Of a stretch of 64,000 nucleotides of DNA, positions 53,766 through 64,000 are shown in pieces. Location of the stretch: assembly GCA_044892525.1 (NCBI GenBank), contig CM097885.1:40736001-40800000 (forward strand), read 5' to 3'. The stretch comes from Schmidtea polychroa. Its lineage: Eukaryota. The notes under the pieces were generated by a model that had not been told where the DNA came from, made no database searches, and was given only the letters and a program-made list of their open reading frames with translations. The translations under genes were made by a program, and so were the position numbers. Numbering within the stretch: position 1 is the stretch's first letter; every line of letters begins with the position of its first letter.

Positions 53766-55715
53766 CTAAATATTTTAAACTTTTCTTTACACTTGAGAAT
53801 TCTCGATTCCCAAAAAAGTCTAGAATTGGGAATCACTATTTTCAAGCAACATTCAGAAATTCGCAGACAATTTATTCGGAAATACATCGTTATTAAGAGT
53901 AACGTTTCACAAGCTTCATTCTGTAATTCAAAAAAAAAGTTATATATATTTGGTTATCTTAGTTTTATGAATTTATTTAATAAAGATTTTCGGTGGTCAT
54001 TGTTGCGCTGATATTTACGCAGCTGCAAGTGTATATAAATAAATTATATATTTGTAACTAAACATAATATATTATGATTTCACTAGAATATTGTTAAGCT
54101 ACTATTATTATTTTGGGGTAGTCCGATTATTTATTGAACGCATAATGTATTATTTTACATAGAATTTATAATCTTTTGTAAATTATACATTTATGCTGAT
54201 TAAAATACAAAAGCATATTAGTCATTCATTTTCTTAACTTTTATATTTTGAACTAGGTTGTTCTAAGGGGCCAAGGCTGCTGCCCCCTTCATCAAATTTT
54301 TGCTTTTATCCGTTAAATAAAATAATTGAATAAAAAGAGTTTATTTCTTGTGAATGGCCTAAAGAACTTCTTTGTACAAAATATTTCGTGTGAATACACG
54401 ACCGAATTAGTTTTGTAAGTTCAGTTCCAATGGAATTTGTGCAGATACTTACTGAATTTTATTAAATTTCTTGTAGATTTATTTTTTGAACTTTGTATGT
54501 TTGAATAAATTTTCACTTTGAAAAAGTAATTGATATATATGATCACTTTAACCAAGAAAAATTAATATTCTTGTGTATGCCACTTAAGCATGTCACGCAA
54601 GTATAAAATCGAAAAGTGTGGAAATTATAATTGATGTATATCCATGGTAAATGGTCTTCAAAAATGCTCTATTAAAATATTGTAAAAAATACTGAACTGG
54701 GAAAAAATCGTAGTAAGCTTTGAGAGGTCCAGAATGACAAATAAACAGATAAACATATAATGTATATTATATTCACCCAAAATTATCTATACATATTTTA
54801 TTTCGAAATGATATCCTTAACAATATACACAGTAATACAAATTTTGGACTTTATAGCATGCAAAACCTTACAAAAACTGGACTGTGAGGATTTAACACCG
54901 CGTTGGCTTCCAAAACAAGCCTAGCCTACATTACCAGATAGCAACACCGTGTAGAAATCATTATGCTTTTGTAACATATCGATATCTGTTATCTAAAGTA
55001 AGACCGAGGACCATCTGTGTAACAGATGATCATAAAAGGTAACATCAAATATAAAAAACGGAAAGATATTTTAACATTTATGAGAAAATGTAAGAAATGA
55101 CTTCTTTCAACATTTGTTATTTTACCAGTACCCTAAAAATATATAATTAAATATTGAACGGAATTTATAAACAGTGATTTATGAAATTTTCCATTAATTA
55201 TTTGTTTTACCGCATTTAAATTAAAATAACGGTTAAAAAGAGATTACGCAAATAAAATACAAAATTTAAAATTATAATTCAAAAATAAATGAGATTATGA
55301 TTCTAATTTATCATTTAATATTAATATATTATAGTACTTTTTATATTTTTACAAATAATTTGTTAAATATATTTTCATTTGTTAAACACTTACCTATTTC
55401 CTTGATTTCTTGTTTTGTATCTATTATATCTCTGATAATACACAATTTATAGTCGATTCTATAACCGAATTAATATTATTTTTAAAATGAATGAATTTGT
55501 CATATTGTCTAACTCAATTTCGAGCCTAGATTTATCGTGAAATATTATATAAATATTTTCTGCCATCTGACATGACTCTGAATTGTTGATTTCAATAAAT
55601 ATTGTATTCTTCACTCTTGCATTCACATCATTTGTTACAAAAATAAAAGATAACTTTGAGCCTCTCTAAAACAAATTAATAAACAATAAATAAGTTCAAA
55701 TGTTTTAACGAGACA

Positions 55716-55929
<214 letters not shown>

Positions 55930-56758
55930 ATTATTATTATCATCATTAATATTATTATTATTACACAATTCAAACAAAAGTTATTACTTGGATTTTTTCG
56001 TAATACTTTGTAAAATGTTGGTCCATTTTATTTATATCAATATTTTCATCTCTAAGGGTATAGACTTCCTGATTTCTACAAATATTAATTGGGTAGTAAA
56101 TATCATTGAAATTTAAGTATTTATTAAATTGGAATAAGAATTACTGTATTATATATTATATCAGTTTCAACCGACTTTAGTTATAATTAATATAAATATT
56201 AATTAATATTAAATTATTTATTCAGTATTATATTTTATTTATAAAGGATTTACGTGAGATATCATTGGTATTATTAAATTATTTATATCAATTATTCAAG
56301 AATATTATATTTTGTTATAATTGACTATTTATGTCTATGACATAATTTTGGAATTTAAATAAAAATTCGTGATACAATACTTATATTTAACAATTGATAT
56401 TTTAAAAATCAAATTTTTTAATTTTAATGGATTAACATAAATTTTCAATGCTTAAAATATATAAAGAAAATTGTTTAAAACTTAAATCACCGAATCTGCA
56501 TATTTACCAACAAAAAAAAATAGCTCAAGACAAAATTTATTGTAAGTAACTATAATAATATTTATTTATACAGCATTGCTCTTTTACATTTAAATATAGT
56601 TTACATATAGACATTTACATATAGTCTGAATTTATCCGACAAAATATTTTGAAGCCCTAACGCTACATGTCACATGTGACTGGTCGTATTAAACACACAC
56701 CCCGCCTGTACGCTTCGTGTAAAAGCTCAAGTTTTATTTTTCTTTATTTTTAATTTAA

Positions 56759-56979
56759 CCACTTCAGACCCCTTGTGCAGAATTATGCACATAACATTTA
56801 AAACCTTATAGATTCCTTATTTAATATATTTTTCTTCATCGCCATCTCTCCACGCACCGACCAAACTATTTTGATTGTTTTAAAATAATACCACTAGTGC
56901 CATCTATGAGCAATTTTCGGCAACAATACAATTAGTAAGTTTCTTTTTCTCCATTAACAATAATTCAAGTTTGAAGGGG
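56759..56979. mobile_element. piggyBac-type MITE
   Basis: TTAA|CCACTTCAGAC ... GTTTGAAGGGG|TTAA: imperfect TIRs flanked by TTAA. Confidence 0.7.
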
Positions 56980-58574
56980 TTAAATAACATTTATTAGATT
57001 TTTTAACTTAAACCTGTCATTCTTCAGATTTTCAATCACAAAAAATGTGCACAAATTTCCTTAATAATCTGTTATTTGCATTTTATTTTGGAATTACTGA
57101 TCTTGCTAAGTTTTTTGTGGTAACAAATACGTATAAAAACAAGTTTTACTTGCAATTCATGAATAATCAAAATATTTTTACAAAATAGATTTACGCTGAT
57201 AAAATAATAAACTGCTCATTATCATTTATAAAAGATTTTAAGAAGTAAAAAGAATAGAAATGACAGAACTTGTCAGATAAATTTTCTATCCTCATTATGT
57301 TAACAAATATTCCAGAGACTGAATCAGTAAAGATAACCCAACATCAAATGTGACAACATATACATGCAGTATTGGCCAACTGTTTAACTGTTTTCTATTA
57401 CATTTAAATCAAAAGATTAATTAATATTTAGTAAATAAAATTTTAATTAAATATTTGAAGTAATAAACAAACTCTAGCTGTCCTGGTTGAACAATATCAA
57501 TTCTTAACAGGTCCCATGTAATGGAAAAATTTCTTATTATATAAAAATCTTTGATATATAGAAGTAGCATATCTTTGGATGAAATCTGAAATTATTACAA
57601 TTTTTAATTAAATAAATTTTATGCGTATAATTAATAATTAATAATAATTAATTTTATTTCAGAAAGTTTCATTAAAATAGCTTGTGTGACCAATAAAAAT
57701 TCAATAAAAATGCAAATTATTTTCTTTATTTAGTAAGTAAAATTAAAAACATAAAAACTAACTTCATTGAAAAGAAATAGTACCAAAAAGAAAATTGCTA
57801 ATTTCTTTTGCATATTTTGTAAATAATACAATATATTAAGAAATGTTATAAAACCTTCTATAAATATAATCTAATTTTTATCTCTTTGTCGGTTCAAGCG
57901 GTACTTTGAAATTGTCGAAATATTTTCAAATGATCTAAAATTTATGGTTAAAATAGCATTAGTTCAAATAAGCTGATAACATTTTTACAAAATATTTTTA
58001 TAAACTATTTTATTTTCTATGATCACTAAATATAAAGCTCTATGAAACTTCTCTACAGAGATATATTTTGGATAAGTTTCAAACATTCGCTCTAGATTCA
58101 CATTCAAGAAAATCATCAAAAATATTTTCATAAACATATTTTCATAAACATTAATTTCAGAAAAAAGATTACGAGATTAGATGTGTAGAAGGTCTAAATT
58201 TTATAATCTCACTTTTATTTTTATTATACAAAGAATATGACAGACTTCATCAAGATTTCTCTATGTTCTTTACTGGTTATATTTGTCAAAGTAAGCTAAA
58301 TAATGTTTTAATAGTTAAATAAATTAAAAATTGAAATGAATAACTAATTTGAAAATTTTGATACATAAATGCAATTTAATTGATAATAAATTAAATTTTG
58401 ATTTTCAATATTATTCTCAATATTTTATAACTTTTGAAGAAAAAATTTAACTATTTTTGATTGTTTATAATTAAATTTAAATTATTTAAATATTAATTTT
58501 AAAAAATTTATAATTATTCTAACTAATATATCATTTTAAAGAAATATTGTTTAAAGTATATTTTAATAATTTAG

Positions 58575-58681
58575 ATATTTGCATATGATTATATTTATTT
58601 AAATATTAATGAAATCGACGTTACGAGAGAGAAATATGTTCGATGGAAGAAAATATTAGTTGATTTCGTTCAACCACACAG
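58575..58681 (+). CDS. Putative exon paralogous to 22765-22880 (may be a pseudogene)
   Basis: TTAG acceptor, then IFAYDYIYLNINEIDVTREKYVRWKKILVDFVQPH; no canonical GT donor at the expected position. Confidence 0.45.
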
Positions 58682-60656
58682 GATAAAATATTACTTTTTA
58701 TTACAATACTTTCCAATTTAATTCAGACTGGCTTTTTGCATTTTATGATATAATATTTTAAAATGAAATAAAAATTTTGTTTACCTGTTTAATTTTTACC
58801 AGAGGTCACAAAACTAATTTTTTAAAGGAAATAATTTAATTATTTTAAAGAGAAATTATTTTAAACATATCATTATTTTTTTTCAAAAGAGATATTTTTA
58901 CTTTTTTAGACATTTAAGCAAGTTTTTAAATCTATTCAAAAACGCTTTTTATCAAACATAAATATTTAAACTGTGAACAATTAAAAACTACAATTATATA
59001 TTGTTAAACAAGTAAATGAAAAGACAAGCCTTTGATGCAAAATTTGTATATAAAAATTAAAATACAAAGTGTTAAGTTTAGAATTAAATTTAAAAAGTAA
59101 AGAAAATTTTTTTAAATTTAAAATATTATTGTTGCTTTAATTTTTATTTAATAAAATTTAATCCAATTAAAAGGTAGAAAATTAATATAAAAAGGAAAAC
59201 CAAAAAAATTTGAATATTTTAGCTAAATTCTGACAGATTGAAAACAAGAACCTTACAATTGTAACTTTTCTCATTTAATTTTTATTTTCCAGAACTAAAG
59301 GCTTTTCATTAATTTTTTTTAACATTTAATTTATGCTGCTACCAGGAAACTATACTTAAACAAAAAAAATATTGTTTTTTTCCTTTTTTGATAGAAAAGT
59401 AAAAAGATTTATGATACTTCTATCAGCTACAGTGCTTTCGAATTTATTGTATCCATAGTTAAAAGTCAAATTATAATCAAATTTTATTAATTCAAATAAT
59501 AATCTATCCGGTAATGTTATTCAAACAACATTTTCAGATGTAAATCTTTCAATGAATAATTAAGAAACAACAAACATTGTCGAACTACAACATACATTCA
59601 CACAAATTTTAATTAATTTGTTGTTAATATAGTGTTAAAAATAGTAATTAATTTAATTAATCACTTAAATTAATATTACATTCACACAAAATCAATTTCA
59701 AGCTTTTCCGTTGAAATTTTCCTTACGATGCATTTAGGAAATTTGAATTAAGTTGTTTTATTAATTATATTTTTTAACGAATTACATTTGAAAAATGAAA
59801 TAGAAAAAGATTAATATTAAATTTTCTTATCAAAGTATTTTTGAAAATTTAAAGCTATGAAACGTAATTAGAAAGTTTTGTCAAATGGACGCTATTTGTG
59901 TTGTTTACAATAACTTGGAAATTTGATCTCAGTCAAAAAATAGAATTAACTCGTAAAAGTTTTTGTGTGATAACTTACTACGACTTTCAACATAGATTAT
60001 CTCAATAATAATGTCTCAATAATAATTATCTCAATGATGAATGTCATGAATGTCATATGCTCATGGACGAATGTAAAGGTCGTTTAAAATTGGTTTTTGT
60101 GTCAGAAAATATTGATACTGTAACTAGGCTGATAATACAAAATCGTCATTAACTCAAAATTGCAGAAAGAAATTAGCAAATAGAGATACATCAATTTTCA
60201 AATACATCATCATATCCAATAATGTGGTAAATTTTGTTTCATTCAATATTTTCTTAGTTTTTTGGTATTCATTTTCTATAACCCAATCCAAGATTAGTGA
60301 TAATACATATGTTCTCTCAAAAAATTTAAAGATGTCGCAAAATTATATTTAGTTAACTATATCTCTATCTAATACCGATATTGTTAAGGGTAAACCATTG
60401 AATGTCTTAACAGTTTTAAAGTAATAAAGCCCTTCACTGCTCAGTGGAATGCAAGATTGATGATAACTCGATATTCCAGTTAAGTTACTGATTAACACTA
60501 ATCCGGCATATGCTTTTGATGATATTTTTCAGCCACATTTCGGGGTTTTTTCTATTTTCATCGACTTCATAAGAATAAACGACGTGGTCATGTTAAATAT
60601 TTTAATTTATAGTTTTACTAACTAATATAATTATTTTCTATTAACAAATGTTTTAG

Positions 60657-60744
60657 AATTTTGCCATTATATCGCCTGAGTCAGGATAATGTTGATAAGA
60701 TTCTGCCAATGGTAGATTTCTCAGCATATATCAATCAAATCCAG
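60657..60744 (+). CDS. Putative small exon of an unidentified host gene
   Basis: TTTTAG acceptor, GTAAAA donor, open frame ILPLYRLSQDNVDKILPMVDFSAYINQIQ. Confidence 0.4.
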
Positions 60745-62941
60745 GTAAAAAATGGTATTTTGTTTTATTATATCAAAAACTTTCAAAATCAATTAAGTTT
60801 CAAAATCACCGGAAGTGTCTAACGGGCACATTTTAAAATGTACAGCTTACCACTTTGTACAGAACACTCCAATAAAACTATCTTATTTACAAAATGCATA
60901 ATGCAATAATTTTAATAAAAGGAAATAAAATCAAAAAATTAAAATAGCTTAAATAAAACGTTTTCCAAATGTTATTCTTTGAAACTATCGGTCTTGAATG
61001 TTATTTTTATAGTCTTTTAAAGGTTATGTGACTTTTGGAAAACGAATATAAGTAACAATTATTACATTTTTAAATTCATGTTTTAATTTAATATTCTTCA
61101 TTATTAATCGACTTTTATTCAACATGAAAGCGGATATCACAATAAAGATGTTAAGGTCTCGATAATTGAGAGTCCCAAGTTGACTGGTTCTTATATGAAA
61201 TATAAATTAAGTCGCTGATATAGAAATATAACAAATAAAATTTACCAATAGTCGTATAATATCAATTTTTTTCCGAATTACAGATTTATTTTACAAACGA
61301 ATAAAGTTCTTGCTTTATGTGTTAAAATGTATACTGTATTTGATGGGTGGATGGCATAATTGTCTTTTTGGCACTGGGTACTAGATTGTTTTGGGATCTG
61401 CATCTTTTATTAGTCGTGTTCACTTCACTCCATTAGGCCCGCTTCGCATAGATATTAACCCTGTATTTGTTAAGGCATGTTCTATAGTTCTCGTCGACCT
61501 AGAAGTACTCGATATTCCTGCCCCTGTCATCCAACAAAGACCAACAAAGACTACAACATAAAAAAGAAAAAAATATTTTTATCTGACTATTCCATTCATC
61601 AGCGACATACTTGACTTCAAGATCCGGATTTAAATATGTAATTCTCATTATAAGCAGACGTCCAACAATCAACAATAAAGAAGAAATTGATGAAATCACT
61701 AGTCTGATCGTTTTTAAAGTAAATATTTAAGAATCATTAGAAATAAAAATCTATATATGATTATGTTTAAAATTTAACTGTATTTATAAATAGTTATAAA
61801 AGAAATTTTTTGTGATATTTTTTTAAAAGCCAGTTATAAAAAATTTAAAAATTTTTATGTTCTTTTATTTTGAGTTTAGAGTAAATTTAATTTTGAATTC
61901 TTGGAAATAAATATTTATTTTGATTTGTTATTTATTTCATTCAATGAGAAAAGATAAAATCAAAATAAAGCATATGAAAATTTAAACAACTAAATTCGAA
62001 AACATTCACAAGGATAATCGAAATAATTAATTCATTTTTTAAATATATACTTCGCAGCAAAAGGCTTACATTATCATTTACTTGTTTAACATTTAATTAA
62101 TGCTTTTAACATTTAATTAATAAATTCTACCAAGAAAACATCAATTTATAATATAAATTTTATATTATTATTATTGGTATTGTTGTTGTGAATCTTATGT
62201 TACTTCTTCTAAGAAAGATGCTGCCCTAAGAGTCTCAATTAGTACAGAGATTGACAAAGAAAGTCTACTCACTACTCATCTGTTTGTTAATATTTGTATG
62301 AAAAACGATGAAAATAATCCTTGCCAATTTATGAATAATGTTTACATAAAAAATCATTTCCAATTCGGTAAAATATTTATTATTCAAAATATTTCTTTAA
62401 TACCAATTAAAAGAAATTTCCAAAATTAGGAATTTATTTTGTTATGAAAATTTAACGTTGAAACGATGCCAAGCATAAAATGATGCATCTGTCTAAACAG
62501 CAGACAATTCTAATTCTTAAATCCAGCATTTCTATATGGTTATTACAGTGATTATACTGTTATTTTATAAAAATGGTTATTAATTTGTTTATTAAGTATT
62601 TGTTTAATAAAATCCAACCAGAATATACAATAAAAGGTATATTTATAATGTTTTCAATAATTTATATAAAGTTTTATTAATTTAAGAATTATTATTGATA
62701 CAGATTGGTTATAAACGTGCATGTATGAATTAGAATCTAAGTCTTAGATAATTGCAAACCACAAATTTTTACATTGTTCTTCATAAAATTTATATTTGTT
62801 GGATTTCAGTATTTCCCAGTTATTATTGACAAACTAATTGCGGTATTTCAACATTGATAAGTGATAAATAATATGTTGTAGTTGTCAGGGGTCAACAAGC
62901 TGTTATTTATTGACTTTAAAATTAACAGCTTATTGTATAAC

Positions 62942-64000
62942 TAGGCTGACCATTCGTCCCTTTTTTCAAGGGACAGTCCCTTTTTTCAGTATGGCACTCC
63001 TTAAATTTAAATTTTATTAAAGGGACGCAATTTGTCCCTTGTTCTCGCCATACTTCCCATAAAGTCCCTTATTTTATTCATATCTCTGAAATACCATATA
63101 TTTATTGCAACGCGTGAAAATCATTCACAGCGGCAAATCTCTTCATTTTTATATCTAACTACATTGCAAATTTTATTATTTTGCAGCTACATACAATGCA
63201 GCTAGTAAGGGCAGCGACAATGCAATTTTTCTTATTGTGAACAGCACTTTTAAATATCAATCGATTTCTTATTGTGAATAGAAAATCGATTTCTTATTGT
63301 GAATAGAAGAATGTCAAAAAAATGTCAAAAAAATTTTTAAACATATGTTTAAAATAAGTAAATAATTCGTTTTTCTGTTTATTTGAATATTTGTAGTTTA
63401 ACTGAATATTTGAATATTTAAAGTTAACTTTGTATAGAAATTCTACTAATAATTAGTGAATAATTTTTTTTAAAGATTTTATAAGGACATATATTAGTTT
63501 TAATGTTTATTTGAATATTTTAACGTAAGTAACTTTAGATAATCTTAAAATTTTCTATTAATAGTTAGTGAATAATTTTTTTAAAGGATGCCACCAAAGC
63601 GGAAATGTATATTTAATGAATTACTAGAAAAGGAATATCCATTTATTAAAAAAACCTCAACAGATAGTGACGTAAGATGTTCTAAATGTTATGCTGAATT
63701 TTCAATTGCGAGCAGTGGCCGCTGGGACATATCGCAGCATTTAAAAAGTGTGAAACACAAAAAAGCTGATATTGCTGCAAGTAGTAGTAAAAACTTAAAT
63801 TCATTTTTAAGAAATCAAAACTTTAACGACAGCGAAAAGAATTTGGCTCTTATTGAAGGTGCCTGGGCATATCACACAGTGCAACATAATCATTCATTTC
63901 GTTCCACTGATTGCACGACAAAATTAATTAACAAATGTTTCAATGGGAAATTCGCTTGTGCCAGAACAAAATCAGAGGCAATAATTTGCAATATTTTTAC
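62942..64000 (+). mobile_element. 5' part of a hAT DNA transposon
   Basis: TIR-like TAGGCTGACCATTCGTCCC with GTCCC/GGGAC subterminal repeats, followed by a transposase ORF. Confidence 0.8.
63588..64000 (+). CDS. hAT transposase N-terminus (runs off the window)
   Basis: MPPKRKCIFN...YPFIK...CSKC...FSI...DISQHLKSVKH (BED finger), EGAWAYHTVQHNHSFRSTDC, CARTKSEAII; open to the window end. Confidence 0.85.
   Translation, partial: MPPKRKCIFNELLEKEYPFIKKTSTDSDVRCSKCYAEFSIASSGRWDISQHLKSVKHKKADIAASSSKNLNSFLRNQNFNDSEKNLALIEGAWAYHTVQHNHSFRSTDCTTKLINKCFNGKFACARTKSEAIICNIF

Noticed and set aside
54878..54955. Possible tRNA or SINE head on the minus strand
   Set aside because: A and B boxes are weak and no convincing cloverleaf could be folded.
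61420..61550. Minus-strand MTGAGISST resembling the sirtuin GAGIS motif
   Set aside because: The expected GIPDFR continuation is absent; probably chance.

Overview
Very AT-rich animal (metazoan) nuclear DNA dominated by transposable elements and (AAT)n microsatellites. Host coding content: an intronless class A GPCR (7434-8429, -); two convergent paralogous EGF-repeat genes ending in KSEL/RSEL (42835-43967 +, 47581-48791 -); an HSP90 pseudogene fragment; a RACK1 fragment; and scattered exon-like pieces of what looks like a duplicated, unidentified multi-exon gene. Polinton/Maverick-related sequence occurs four times: the right end of an element with an internally deleted pPolB (1-2426); a decayed structural module (integrase, major capsid, protease, pPolB; ~13.8-19.4 kb) with a nested Buster-type hAT; a complete 10.6-kb non-coding foldback element with ~2.7-kb terminal inverted repeats (TIRs), AGTAGG...CCTACT ends and a perfect 6-bp target-site duplication (TSD) (24834-35427); and a truncated relative (~11.4-13.17 kb) carrying the RACK1 fragment next to its terminus. 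Also present: a Penelope-like retroelement with an inverted pseudo-LTR (pLTR) and a hammerhead motif, a stand-alone well-formed hammerhead ribozyme (41749-41806, -), Merlin-, pogo- and piggyBac-type MITEs, and Helitron, Gypsy, mariner and several hAT remnants. All family assignments come from motifs recognised by eye; no searches were run.
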